From NCBI GenBank assembly GCA_002811645.1, contig PDIP01000189.1:1-43105 (forward strand): a stretch of DNA of 43,105 bases. The letters are read 5' to 3'. The notes under the pieces were generated by a model. The model was not told where the DNA came from and made no database searches. It worked only from the letters and a program-made list of their open reading frames with translations. Numbering within the stretch: position 1 is the first letter of the stretch; each line of letters opens with the position of its first letter. Positions 1 to 11,214 of the stretch are shown here, one piece after another. Origin of the DNA: Corallochytrium limacisporum Hawaii (Eukaryota > Protista > Pluriformea). Made by a program: the position numbers and the translations under genes.

Positions 1-44
1 TTCCAAGGTTGTGCTCGCGCTGTGTTGGGTGTAACACTATACAT

Positions 45-200
45 ACACACACAGACATGCATACACACCCATGCACACACAGACACAGACACAGACACAG
101 ACACAGACACAGACACAGACACAGACACAGACACAGACACAGACACAGACACAGAGACACAGACACAGACACAGACACAGACACAGACACACAGAGACAC
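45..200. repeat. (ACACAG)n / (CA)n microsatellite
   Basis: Near-perfect ACACAG hexamer tandem ~75-195 preceded by a CA tract; explains the HR/TD/TQ low-complexity ORFs at 9-483. Confidence 0.95.
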
Positions 201-809
201 ACTCACACATCACCACTTCCCTCCCCCTCCCCCTTCTCCTGCCCCGCCCCTCTCCCGACCGGGCCGTCCCCCAGAGCGGCCCCTTTCTCCATTCCTGATT
301 GCCCAGACCTTTCTTGCCCCGCACCCTTCTTTGACCGGCTCGTCCTCTCCCTAATGCGCCCTGTTTTCTTGAGAAATCCAAGCCCCCTGCGGGACACAAG
401 AGCCGAAGGACACGGGTACGGGACAAAGTAAGGTAAGATTCTGAGCGATAATCACAGAATAACCAAACCCAAGGGAAATACACTTCCCGGTGCTTGCAAT
501 CATGTTCATACGTTGTGCACGTCTCACATTCTATTTAGTTGAACGTGTGGACGAGCTGTCCAATGTGCAATGTCCGCGTGGCGGGGTTCTGCGGTGTCGG
601 GTTCAGCAAAGTGTCACAGTCCCAGCAATTCCCAGTCCACCGTCTGCCATGTATCAACTGTGATTGCTACTCTGCATGCGAAACAAATGGGTGCCCTCAT
701 ATTATTATACTTTTATGCCACCAGCTCAGCAATACTTTGCCACATGCAATTGGGCTCGCCACAGATGGGATACAGAGTTGTTGTGCGATGACGATAATAG
801 TCAATCCAG

Positions 810-1160
810 ATCGAACCTCGCGTACAACACAAAAGTTAGCGGACAATCAGCCATCGTCATCCTAACAGGCGCAGAGAGCATCCACCAATATTCCTCTGTG
901 AAATAATGTATGGACCATGTCGCAATGGCAGAAAGTGGTCGCGGGATATCGAACATGGACGTGACTAAAACACCGCGGTAGCATGGCAATGTCACAGGGA
1001 TCTCTTTTGTGATTTTGGATTGAAACGCGGTAACAAACCACCGCAGCGTCCTTGACATCGTGTGCCGGTGTTTTGAATGCAAAATGGAATCCTGTGGAAG
1101 TCCTAGTCCTTCCTCTTTCTTCCTTGGGTTCGTTCAGAATGAAGGAAGCCCACTGGACCA
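810..1160 (-). pseudogene. Possible heavily decayed eEF1A/HBS1/eRF3-type translational GTPase fragment
   Basis: Minus-strand SFILNEPKEERGRTRT...FKTPAHDVKDA resembles AWVLDE.EERERG.T....FET.....DAPG. A second frame gives GVLVTS, FTEEY and FVLYARFD in the order of GVLVIS, QTREH, IVxVNKMD. No intact G1 motif; needs a frameshift. Confidence 0.3.
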
Positions 1161-1842
1161 CAACAGAAGACTCGGGATGGTACCGTTGCCTGAACTTAAT
1201 CCATATGATATTGGATGTTGTCTGGCATGCGCGTGGTCGTCCCTAGGGTCAGCCCCATGAAGAGTTTTCTTGTTCTGTTATAGTCGTGGTCATGTTCTGT
1301 CATCTAATGATGGTCACAGTTTTGCTTCACTGGGATGATGAGTTGGCGCCCCCTCAGCGAGCGGAGTATTCAAGACCGGTTTCCCCGACGCAACCGACCC
1401 CTTAAAATCAAAATGAATTAGATTCAAAATGGATTAGGTCAAGAAGTCTGGTGAAATTACTACAGTCCCGAATCAAAATACCCTCCGGGGGCGGCGACCC
1501 TCACCCTGCGCACACAGCCAGCCTGCACAGTTCGACCGGTGGAGCCGGGTGTGAAACGTTTCGGGTGGGTCCCCGGTAGGGACTCTCCGTGGGGTGCAGC
1601 CGAGTGTTTTTGGGGTCGACGAACATTTCCACTTACGCACGCTATCGGGTTCAAAGGTACACTTGCACCAATGTCTCTTTCTTTGGTTACCAAATCTGTC
1701 TTCTCTGTTTTCTTTATTGTAACATGCGTGGGTAAGAGAAGCAGTTGACCTGCACAACGGTGTTGACGTGTACCGCCCCAAAGTGATCAGAGATCTAAAG
1801 AAACAGCGCTGAAACTTACCAGGCTGCCACAAGGACATAAAA

Positions 1843-2463
1843 ATGGGACAAAGGATCAGTTCAGAGTTTGCTACTCTGTGGTATGTACCGAAGCGTAGTC
1901 GAGACGCGCTGCTAAAGGGCGATCGGGTCGATAGTGATTCCCTCTACCAGGAACTGCCGGCTTTCGATGAGCTGCTGAAGGATTCTAGTTTTGAGAAGAT
2001 AGTCTTCGTGTTCACGCGACATGTCGGATGTCCCTTTGCGCAAAAGACCATTAGCCAAACTTTGGCTTTAGCGATAGAGAATCCGAACGTCTTGTTCGCC
2101 GTAGTATCTCCCGGAGACAACAAAGAAACGACATGCTTTGCAAGACTGGCTGCCGGGAAATCTGAAGATGATGACACCTGGCATGCACCTCAAAACGTTT
2201 TGCTGATTGGAGATGAAGAATATAGAATCTATGATGTCTTCGGGGTGCCAATCACAGGTTGGAGCCACCTGCTGTCCGGTGACATGGCCACCAACCTGAT
2301 GAATCTGCAGCAGGAAGGCATCATCAACACCATGCCCACTGGGTCCCGATGGCAGTCCGCTGCCGTCTATGTACTGGCCAGTGATGCCAGAGAAGTAAAA
2401 GCAACGCATTTTCCAGAGCATGCAGGTGACATGCCGGACTTAAAAGAGCTCGTCGCAGCATGA
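1843..2463 (+). CDS. Thioredoxin-fold peroxiredoxin-like protein (AhpC-TSA_2 / PRXL2-AAED1-like)
   Basis: 206-aa ORF, aaaATG context. Motifs VFVFTRHVGCPFA, IGDEEYRIYDVFG and GSRWQSAAVYV match the RHxGCxF, DxxxxxYxxFG and GxxxQxxxxF pattern of this family. Confidence 0.8.
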   Translation: MGQRISSEFATLWYVPKRSRDALLKGDRVDSDSLYQELPAFDELLKDSSFEKIVFVFTRHVGCPFAQKTISQTLALAIENPNVLFAVVSPGDNKETTCFARLAAGKSEDDDTWHAPQNVLLIGDEEYRIYDVFGVPITGWSHLLSGDMATNLMNLQQEGIINTMPTGSRWQSAAVYVLASDAREVKATHFPEHAGDMPDLKELVAA

Positions 2464-2877
2464 CACCAGTGCCGACTGCGGCCGGTTGCGCGGGGCCCCT
2501 CCCCTACGAAGTAAAGTAATCAATAATACAAGTCTACAAGAAATCGTAATATATCCGGGAGATTTTAAAAAAGCAGAGAGACCCGCGATTGGGTGCGGGC
2601 TACGCTCTTCCCCCCCCCACCTCTGCTTTCGACTACTGCGCAGCCGAGCCAGGCCCCCCGGCAGTCAAAGTAGACTCCCCCGGGGGAGGGGCGGGGTGTT
2701 CAGACCCGCCCATCCCGACCCGACCACGAGGGGTGTATGATTTGCTACTTCAGTCTTGGCAACTCGATCAGGATTTCAAGAGGCAAGTCTTCATTTGAAG
2801 CATGGGGCGTGGATACAACAATGATGGTCTGAAAAATTTTAGAACTATTGGAATGTTTTCAATACCTTTGCACCGCA

Positions 2878-3468
2878 ATGGGCAAATCAAAAGGCGGTAA
2901 GAAGCCAAAGTCCGGCTCTTCCGGTGGAGGCGGCAAATATGGGTTCTATCACCTGGACCTTGACCCGAACCAGATTCTCTTCGCACACAGCAAAATTAAG
3001 CCGTTCTTTAGTGGTTGTGGACGTCTGATCGATGATACAATCCAACAGATCCGGGACGACAGATCCGTGCTTGACAATATTCCTACAATTACCGTTATGG
3101 AGGGACCGCGGGATCCGGACTCTGACAAAGTCTGGTACTTTAGTTTGAATAACCGACGGCTTTATGTTTTCAAGCAACTGAGGGCAGAGGGAGTTATTGA
3201 CACTGTCAGAGTCCGTGTGCGTGCCTTAAAGCCGCATGAAAAGGATAGGTACACGCTCGATCGCTGCTCTCCGACCGCTAAGTTCATGTTCAAGGCTAGG
3301 CCCAAGAAAGAGGGAGGAGACGAGGAAGGGCAGAGCACTTCTGATCAAGAAGATGGAAGCACAGGAGCCAAAGGCAAAAGCGAAGAAGAAGAAGTATCAG
3401 ATCAGGGAGTGGAGGAGAAGCTCGAAGCTCTGATGATCGACAGAACTAAGTCTGGAACCGTTGAATAA
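2878..3468 (+). CDS. ParB/sulfiredoxin-like domain protein with basic N-terminus and acidic C-terminal tail
   Basis: First ATG at 2878 (track ORF starts at TTG 2848). Motifs LDPNQILFAHSKIKPFFSGCG, IPTITV and YFSLNNRRLYVFK resemble the ParB-like PxxIxF..., IxV, S(L/x)(D/N)NRRL signature. Confidence 0.65.
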   Translation: MGKSKGGKKPKSGSSGGGGKYGFYHLDLDPNQILFAHSKIKPFFSGCGRLIDDTIQQIRDDRSVLDNIPTITVMEGPRDPDSDKVWYFSLNNRRLYVFKQLRAEGVIDTVRVRVRALKPHEKDRYTLDRCSPTAKFMFKARPKKEGGDEEGQSTSDQEDGSTGAKGKSEEEEVSDQGVEEKLEALMIDRTKSGTVE

Positions 3469-5649
3469 TCATAGTAAATACAAACTTGAGGAAACACACT
3501 CCAATCACCATTGTCCTTGGTGCAGCACGGCACCAGCTTCTGTGTACCAATTCTCCCCTCAAAGGGGAGCGGGAGTGCGCACTTGTTCCGCATACCACGC
3601 CCTGTGATTCTTTAAGCGATTGAACATCACTGGAATGAGCCCACCGGGCTTAGTGCCTCCTCGCCGGGCTCCGTGTACCGCCTGGACCCCCTCCCGAGCC
3701 GGGTCCACGGGCCGAAGCTGCAGATTGCCTCCTCACCCCTGGCGAACGCAGAAATAGGCCCCTGTCCTATTGAAATAGACTCCCGACCAAAAACATTTTC
3801 CCTTCCCAATATAGCAACTATTTTCCCTCTCGCGCTCCTGACGTTCGGGAGCGATGCAGTAAGCCTGTGGAGCGATCTTGAATGACCGTGGAGTCTTTGC
3901 GCTGCACCGCATGCGCTGTCCTTTTTCTTTACGATATTTCGGGCTCGTTTCAGCATCGTAAATTCAGCCCAGCGCTGTGGAGGACTGGGACGGAGCAGTT
4001 ATCAGTGTGGCATGCTAGTGGTATCGATCGAAGAACTAAATCATCCATGTATTGCAACTGGCTCCACCGTGCGCAGACAAGAGAATCATTCCGCACGTAG
4101 TAGCTGACAGAGCCACGGACCACAATTCATTGCCTGCTGGAGGAAAAACGACAACAGTCCATATAAGAATCGATCGGCCAAATGGGCAATGGGTTCCTGC
4201 TTGTTTCATGTCTCACAGGGGCGGTTATCAACATCCAAAGAGGCCGTTGTCCCTGTTGACCGCCAACCCCGGTGCTCATGTGACCGGGAGCCCAGCGGGC
4301 TTTCCCGCCTCGACACCCCCGAACCCCAGAGTCAGCCGTCTTTCCCGTCCCGGGAGCAAGGGAAAGGCAAGGGGTGGTGGTGGTTTCCCTTGGTGAAAGT
4401 ATTGGTTAGAATAATCGCCCCATATTTTATAACGAAGACTCCCCCGCCGAAGTATAAAAGCTTCGGATTTTCTGCGGAAACTCGGGCTGCCGCCAGCGCA
4501 GCGCCGCCTTCCTAAGGGGAGTGGATTATAATAATGGAGTTGCCACTTTCTCCTTGGTATTGCATAATGAACCAATTGGAAAAATTACAATTACTGGAGA
4601 AAAAAATATAGGTTGATTACGGTGGGGGTGGAAACCCCAGTATTTTCATTATACAATTACAGACCAGCCCCGCCATTTACTACGCATATTGGAGCCTATA
4701 AGACCATACGCACCATATATTATGTATATACCTAAGGCAACAATATATACGTCCCTTTTCTCCTCCTCGTCGCGTCGGTCCCTCCCCCCCGGGGGGGGGG
4801 TGGGGGACGAAAAAAAATTCCAAAAAAAACGCTTGCATAGCCAATTTATGGACCCAAGAATTGCTTTTCACGCCAAGCACTATACTACACACACACTGCC
4901 CGCCCAGCCCTGGTCCCGCAGCGGAGGGAGGGGGGGGGGAAGGAGGAGGAGGTGGCACCGACGAGAGCGCTTGCAGTACAAAATCTATGCGATGCAGGGA
5001 AACTGCCAGCAGAACCGGTCCGGCGGCCCAGCTCCCCGTTTCCGCTTGCTCTCTGTGTGTGTCTGTCTCTGCCTCTGTGCCGCCCAGGCCCTGGGTGCGT
5101 GGACAGGGCCGTGTCCAACCGCCCCCCCCCCTTTCCAAGCCAACCACCGCTGTGAACGGGCGCGCCGAAAAGGAAAATTTTAGGTGTCAGGGCGGGCAAG
5201 GAATGGCAGGCAAGCACGAAGAACTCACACGGGCCAGAAAATTCACGTACTTTCAGTACTGGAGAACGCAGGGATGGGCAAACCAACACCCCACCCAAGA
5301 AAAAGGGGGCCGTGAAAGGAAGACCAAAAAAATCGTGAACGAAAGGTTTGTTTTGGGCCCGCGCGGGGGCGAAGGGAGCCCAGGAAAAATCTGGGAGAGG
5401 GAGGACGAGGGAGGCATGGGTAGCCCTCCTGTTCCATCCCGACCGGTTTTCTCGTTCATAAAAATTGGTAGTGAAGATACCATTGTTAGGCTCAGGAAGG
5501 AGGCAAAATTTGTTTTTTTCCTTTGTCTTTTGTTGATTTCGTTATCGGCAAAGAGGAGCTTTTGGTCCCGTGCAATGAACACCTACCTCCGGGGCGGGTG
5601 CTGTCCTTGTCTTGTGCCAGGAGGTTTTTGTCCACCGCCGATGACCCCG

Positions 5650-5653
<4 letters not shown>

Positions 5654-5684
<31 letters not shown>

Positions 5685-5975
5685 CAAGTGAGTACTGCGA
5701 ACCAATTCTCAATTTCTACATGATATATCTACTGCTGANNNNNNNNNNNNNNNNNNNNNNNNNNNNNNNNNNNNNNNNNNNNNNNNNNNNNNNNNNNNNN
5801 NNNNNNNNNNNNNNNNNNNNNNNNNNNNNNNNNNNNNNNNNNNNNNNNNNNNNNNNNNNNNNNNNNNNNNNNNNNNNNNNNNNNNNNNNNNNNNNNNNNN
5901 NNNNNNNNNNNNNNNNNNNNNNNNNNNNNNNNNNNNNNNNNNNNNNNNNNNNNNNNNNNNNNNNNNNNNNNNNNN

Positions 5976-6034
<59 letters not shown>
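5654..6034. repeat. (GT)n microsatellites flanking assembly gap 5739-5975
   Basis: GT tracts at ~5654-5681 and 5976-6034 on either side of an N run. Confidence 0.95.
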
Positions 6035-6037
<3 letters not shown>

Positions 6038-7211
6038 TTTGAGTAAAGGGTGATGTGCGCTGTCCGCTCCGTTGTCTTGCCGCCCGGAGCATAGAGAACT
6101 GCCTGGGAATGCGCGCAGACGGGTACTGACGGCCCATTGGGAACAAAAGATTGTGATGGCAGTGATAGCCCACATGCCGTGTGTACGCGCCAAGAGCAAA
6201 TCTCGGGCGGGGTCGTTTGGATGGGCGGTGTGCTTGGGGCATGTTCCAGGTGGTAGTATTCATCAAAACAATCTTTATTTACTCTGTTGGTAGCGCAGCC
6301 TCTAAGTATTCATTGATACTCCGACGGCCGTCGACCCTTGAAGGCACGCACGGGAAATGAACGACATACAACCGACACTGGCGCACATCCCTGCGCACAG
6401 CCTCTTACCTGAGACCATACTGCACCAGAGCCAAAGACACACCGCCGATCGAAAAAGTGGTTGGCCCCAATACTCCCGAAACCGCATATCGCAGACACGC
6501 ATACCTTCACCCACACACACGACGCCATCTGGATTTGACAGGCACGCCGAACAGAAGAGTGAAACTTCGACTACAAGAAGATCAACACTGCCGTTTGGTG
6601 GACACATACACTCATTCACCATGTAATATGGTGTAGTACCCTGATAAGAATGTGATATCCCGTCCGTGATCAGGGCTCCCGGCACATGGTTGACCTGCAC
6701 CAAAGCCCACTCTCTCTAACTTTTTTTTTTTCTTCTCTCACTCCTTTTCTTGTTCCTGTTCACATCCGCACACTTGCGTCCGGACACATTAAGGATTTCG
6801 TGCTTTGTTGGTAGTGGATAATTAGCCAGTTAGCATAATTTGTTTGATCTTCTTCTACTGATAAAACCGGGAGGGGGCCGCGGGGGAGCGGGTTAGAGTG
6901 TGCTGTCCGGTTAAAATTTTCTTTTGGGAGCACTCACCTCCTCCGCCGCACAGGGGCCAAAAGAACCGCGCGTATTTCCCATTCGGCCCAGGCCCCCGTT
7001 GTAGCACACAGCGGGGACGAGCGGCGCGGCGAAAAGGAAACGGGGGAAAAGGCCTGAAGGCCGACGGGGGTGCTGGGTTTTGGATTGTGTTTGCGCCGTT
7101 CAAGAACATCCAGGCAGTGGAAACCACACAGCCACGCGGATCCCAAGTCCTTGACATTCTCGCTTTGTTTGTAAACATGATGCCATATCAAAAACCTACA
7201 TTAAGCTCGAC

Positions 7212-7218
7212 TATTTAA
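7212..7218 (+). promoter_or_regulatory. TATA-like TATTTAA element upstream of the MFS gene
   Basis: CTATTTAAGAGATCC has the same core as the GGTATTTAA motif upstream of four other genes and is followed by GATC. Confidence 0.45.
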
Positions 7219-7388
7219 GAGATCCAATGTGCGCAGCCAACAACTCGAGGTTCTGAAACGCAATAACAAAAACACGATCACTAATTCAGATAGGTATACA
7301 TTACAGTACAATAGCACACAAGAGAAAAAAAAATGGAATTCTCCTAGAGCTTTATCACGGTGTGACAGATTTAGAGTACTACGGTAAA

Positions 7389-8987
7389 ATGAAAGCTGTT
7401 AGGTGCGTGAAGGCACCGGAGGCTCTCTCATTAGAGGAACCTAAACAGAACGATTCCAAGCAGGGAATAGAAATGACGGGCTTTACAGATCCATACGGAC
7501 GCAGTATCATGGCGGACATATTAGAAGATCCTGAAAGACCCGAAATTAAAACTTATTCCATTCGATGGGTCATGCTGGCTTTGTTCTCCTTGCAGTGCGC
7601 CATCAACGGAATCATGTGGATCACCTTCTCCCCCATTAGCACCTACGCCCAGGCCTTCTTCGGCGTTGATGACATCGAGATCAATTCGTTGAGTATTGTG
7701 TACATGGCTGCCTACGTACCCTTCTCTCTCGTCAGCATATGGGTCTTCCAGAAATACGGGCCGCGGGTAGGAGTGAACATTGCTGGCGTGGGCAATTTCC
7801 TGGCGGCCTTGGTCCGCTTCCTCGCCATCTCCAACAACGACGAGCCCCGCAGCAACGGCTTTGTTATTTTGCTCATTGGCCAGAGCATCGCCTCCGTTAT
7901 CCAGCCGCTCCTGACTAACTACCCTGCAGGCTTTGCGGCCCTTTGGTTCCCACTCAAAGAGCGTGCGTTGGCCACTGCCATTGCCAGCCAGGCCCAGCTG
8001 GTCGGCGTCGCGGTGGGTACCTACTATCCCATCCTCTTTCTCAACTCAGACACTGATACTGTGCGTTTCTTTGACATGCTTCTCGGTCAAATGATTATGG
8101 CAGGCGTGGTAACAGTGATAACACTGTGCTTCTTCCGAGAAAAACCTCCCTTGCCACCATCCGTGTCGGAGAGCATTAAGACGGAGAAGATGCCCATCTG
8201 GGAGGAAATCAAGTCAATCTGCACCAACCGGGACTTTATTATGCTCTTCTTCTCCTTTGGTATCGCCCTCGGTTGGTTCAACGGCATCTTAACAATAGTG
8301 GAGCCCTTGATAAACACTGCTGGCTATGGAAGTCACCACGCAGGACTCTTCTCCATGCTGTTCTTGGTAGTGGGGATTGTGGCGGCCCTGTTGGTCGGTA
8401 TCGTGCTGGACAAGACCCACTTATACAATCCTTTCCTCAAGGGATTCACTCTTGCTTCTGCACTTGTGGTGATTGCTTTCCTCCTGGCAATTCGACCAGG
8501 AATGTCCGGTCTCCTGGCTTTCCTCTGTGCAGCACAGGGTGCGTTCATCGTTCCTCTCATGCCCATTGCCTTTGAGGCTGGCGTGGAGTGCTCTTTCCCG
8601 ATCAGCGAGGACGTGAGCACTGGTCTGCTCATGAGCTCAGCTCAACTGTTCGGAATCATCTTTATCTTTGTTCTCACCGCTCTTGTGGAAGCCCAGCCTG
8701 ACTATGGCACTACGTACGTGTTTGAACCTACCTATATTGTAGTGACAGTTTGGATGGTGGCTATGCTTTTGCTCATTGTGTTCTACAGAGGACGGTATCT
8801 ACGTCTGGAAGCGGAGCAACTCGAACTTACCAACGGTACCGTTTCCAATGACACCGAAAGTGTGTCCACGGTCTCTGCTGGTGAGGGTGACGTGGAAGAT
8901 GCCAATCGCGACAATAAGCAGAAAGAAAACCCACAGCAAGATAATAGTAGTTACATCTCGCAGGCAATGCTCGAATCCTATCCGTGA
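7389..8987 (+). CDS. MFS transporter, SLC49 family (FLVCR/MFSD7/DIRC2-like)
   Basis: About 12 hydrophobic segments. Motifs YSIRWVML..FS...N..MWITFSPI, GQSIA, WFPLKERALAT, PPLPPS and VECSFPISE..STG are typical of FLVCR-like proteins. First in-frame ATG is 7389; the true start could be 7473 or 7509. Confidence 0.9.
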   Translation: MKAVRCVKAPEALSLEEPKQNDSKQGIEMTGFTDPYGRSIMADILEDPERPEIKTYSIRWVMLALFSLQCAINGIMWITFSPISTYAQAFFGVDDIEINSLSIVYMAAYVPFSLVSIWVFQKYGPRVGVNIAGVGNFLAALVRFLAISNNDEPRSNGFVILLIGQSIASVIQPLLTNYPAGFAALWFPLKERALATAIASQAQLVGVAVGTYYPILFLNSDTDTVRFFDMLLGQMIMAGVVTVITLCFFREKPPLPPSVSESIKTEKMPIWEEIKSICTNRDFIMLFFSFGIALGWFNGILTIVEPLINTAGYGSHHAGLFSMLFLVVGIVAALLVGIVLDKTHLYNPFLKGFTLASALVVIAFLLAIRPGMSGLLAFLCAAQGAFIVPLMPIAFEAGVECSFPISEDVSTGLLMSSAQLFGIIFIFVLTALVEAQPDYGTTYVFEPTYIVVTVWMVAMLLLIVFYRGRYLRLEAEQLELTNGTVSNDTESVSTVSAGEGDVEDANRDNKQKENPQQDNSSYISQAMLESYP

Positions 8988-10422
8988 CCGGGTATCAGCA
9001 TGATACACGCACTACTTAGAAATGCGCTCTTGCCTCTAAGGTACGTAAAGAATCTTAACAAAGGTCCGCAGGGTTGTCCGTGGCCTTATCATGAAACACC
9101 TCCAATAAAGAACAACTGTATATTTCCAAGCACTACTTGGTTCCTTTTCATTACAGTAGCACTTCGAGGGACATGAGGAAAAGTCTTGGATCCTTGGACG
9201 ATGTGAATGACACTTGATAATCATTGCATATTCGATGAGTGACGTACAGGACGTTGGCACTAATTTAGGAGACAGCAATGGCGCTGGGATTTGCAGAAGC
9301 GTCTCGTGATCCCGCCAAATACGGAGTTCATACCAACATGTCCATTGCATCACAACCTTCATCTGTTTATGTATGGAATGATACCTATCCCGTAGGGATC
9401 ACACCACATTCTACAGCGTCCGGGTAGGGGTATGTGAAAAGCCTGAGACATTTTGGTCAACCCTCTCTGTCAGCGCCCTGGTGGTCCACCCTTGGCGGCA
9501 GGGTCGCGCAAATATCCTTCCTCACATGGAAGAAAATGTGCCCATATAAGGAAGGAAGGATAGGTTGCATAGGTTTTCGGAGGAAACTTGATAAGGGCCC
9601 AAAAAGCGAGTCTGGCAAGGCCCAAGCTGTGGAGACCCGGCGGAAGCAGAAGAAGCAGAAGAAGCAGAAGAAGAGTGGGGGAGGGGTTTGGTGGTTGAGT
9701 GTGTTAACGGGCTTTGTGGCACTTTGAAACGGCCTCTGTGGTGAGTGGCCCGGGTGATGAAAACAAACGCGGGAGGAAGGAGCTTAGGTACTTGCGTTTA
9801 GGAGAACGTGGCAAGTCGGCAGTGTGGTGGTAGTGGCAGTGTGGTGCTGATGAATCGACTGACAAGCGGCCGCGTCTGCAGTTCCGAGTACTTGGGCCCG
9901 CAATGTAACTTTTTTCTTGAACAAACCCTATAGAAAATGTAGGGAAGGAGATACTATGCCGGGAAGGAACGGGTGGGTAAATGGGGTAAAAAAAGTTTCA
10001 CTCAGGCGAGGAAGTCAAAAATTAGAGGGCTGCGGGCGCAGCTCTATGCTGGGAAGGTAGGGCGGGTCGATCCACGGGGGTCTAGGGGGTTTCGTGGAGT
10101 GAGACCGCCGATTTATTGCATTTGTGCCGGAGAATTTGAGTATCAGCAAGTGATTCATTGTGTCGCAGACGATACGAGACTGTTGCTCCGAACGTCAGCT
10201 CTGCTGAATAGGCCGGCGGGCCACGACAAACCTACCGTATTAGTCAACCCACCTTTTTAAATGTCGAGTACGGACAAGACAAGTGCAATGGATCCCGTGG
10301 GACAAGAAACATATTAAAGCGGAGAGGATTGGACAGAATGTAATGAGATCGGATAAGGGTAAGTAGATCAAACCAAGTCGTGCGGTATTTTTTCCATCGA
10401 AACACACAATTTTAAAAGCGGT

Positions 10423-11214
10423 ATGATAGATCGCCTCGTCTACTTGATCTTCAAGGTGACGCTGGCCGCGGCCAGCTTCATTGTCGGGGGCATGCTAGCG
10501 TCCTCTAACCTGTACGAAGAACGTGACGAATATTCCTCTACCACAGAGGGGGTTACTTCTGCTCTGGTTGCTGTCAGCCTAGTTGGTGGCTTCTTGGCTC
10601 TCCTGCTTATGCCCACATTCATTTATATTGACTTGCGTTCATCAAGCGCGCAAAAGTCCTCCTTCCTCAACGGAAGCACTGCCGTATCGGTCCTGTGGGC
10701 TCTCCTCATGTTAGGTGTGGGAGCTGCCTTCACCGGCCACTTTGGTAATGAGAAAATCCATATCCTGATAGTTCCCGGAACGTGTACCTTCATCCCTAAC
10801 CCCGCATATTATGTCCCTTTTTTCCCCGGGCTCAACACTGACTGGACCACTGACATCCCCACTGATTTCGTCACTGAGCCGGGTACCGAGTTGGCCACTG
10901 ACTTGCCGACCAGCCCCACTGACTTGCCGACCAGCCCAACTAACTGGCCGACCAGCCCTACTAACTGGCCGACCAGCCCCACTGACTGGCCGACGGACCA
11001 TAGCATGACACCTAGCACAATCACCATCTTTTCCGGCTGCAGCGCCGACAACGGCCTCTACATCGCTGTGGCCGTCCTTTCCTTCTTGACCGGTCTCATC
11101 TGGATCTGCGATGCGGTGTGCACAGAAGGGTACCGTAGGCAATGTATAGCATCCAAGGAGATCACCATCAATGGATCTCCCATCCAGGGTGTCCAGAAGA
11201 TGACCTTGGTGTAA
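10423..11214 (+). CDS. 4-TM (MARVEL-like) membrane protein with Pro/Thr-rich repeat loop
   Basis: 263 aa, four hydrophobic helices, mucin-like loop flanked by Cys before TM4; paralogue of 20587-21333. Confidence 0.8.
   Translation: MIDRLVYLIFKVTLAAASFIVGGMLASSNLYEERDEYSSTTEGVTSALVAVSLVGGFLALLLMPTFIYIDLRSSSAQKSSFLNGSTAVSVLWALLMLGVGAAFTGHFGNEKIHILIVPGTCTFIPNPAYYVPFFPGLNTDWTTDIPTDFVTEPGTELATDLPTSPTDLPTSPTNWPTSPTNWPTSPTDWPTDHSMTPSTITIFSGCSADNGLYIAVAVLSFLTGLIWICDAVCTEGYRRQCIASKEITINGSPIQGVQKMTLV
10896..10995 (+). repeat. Coding 21-bp tandem repeat, about 5 x PT(D/N)(L/W)PTS
   Basis: Units such as ccactgacttgccgaccagc / caactaactggccgaccagc repeat in frame. Confidence 0.9.

Noticed and set aside
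9-483. HR/TD/TQ/CV repeat ORFs
   Set aside because: Translations of the ACACAG microsatellite, open in many frames.
4680-5691. Long overlapping ORFs (276 aa, 164 aa, 155 aa)
   Set aside because: Stop-poor GC/homopolymer island, non-ATG starts, no recognisable domain.
5709-6266. ORFs spanning N gaps (also 16619-17213, 38253-38855)
   Set aside because: Artefacts of translating through Ns.
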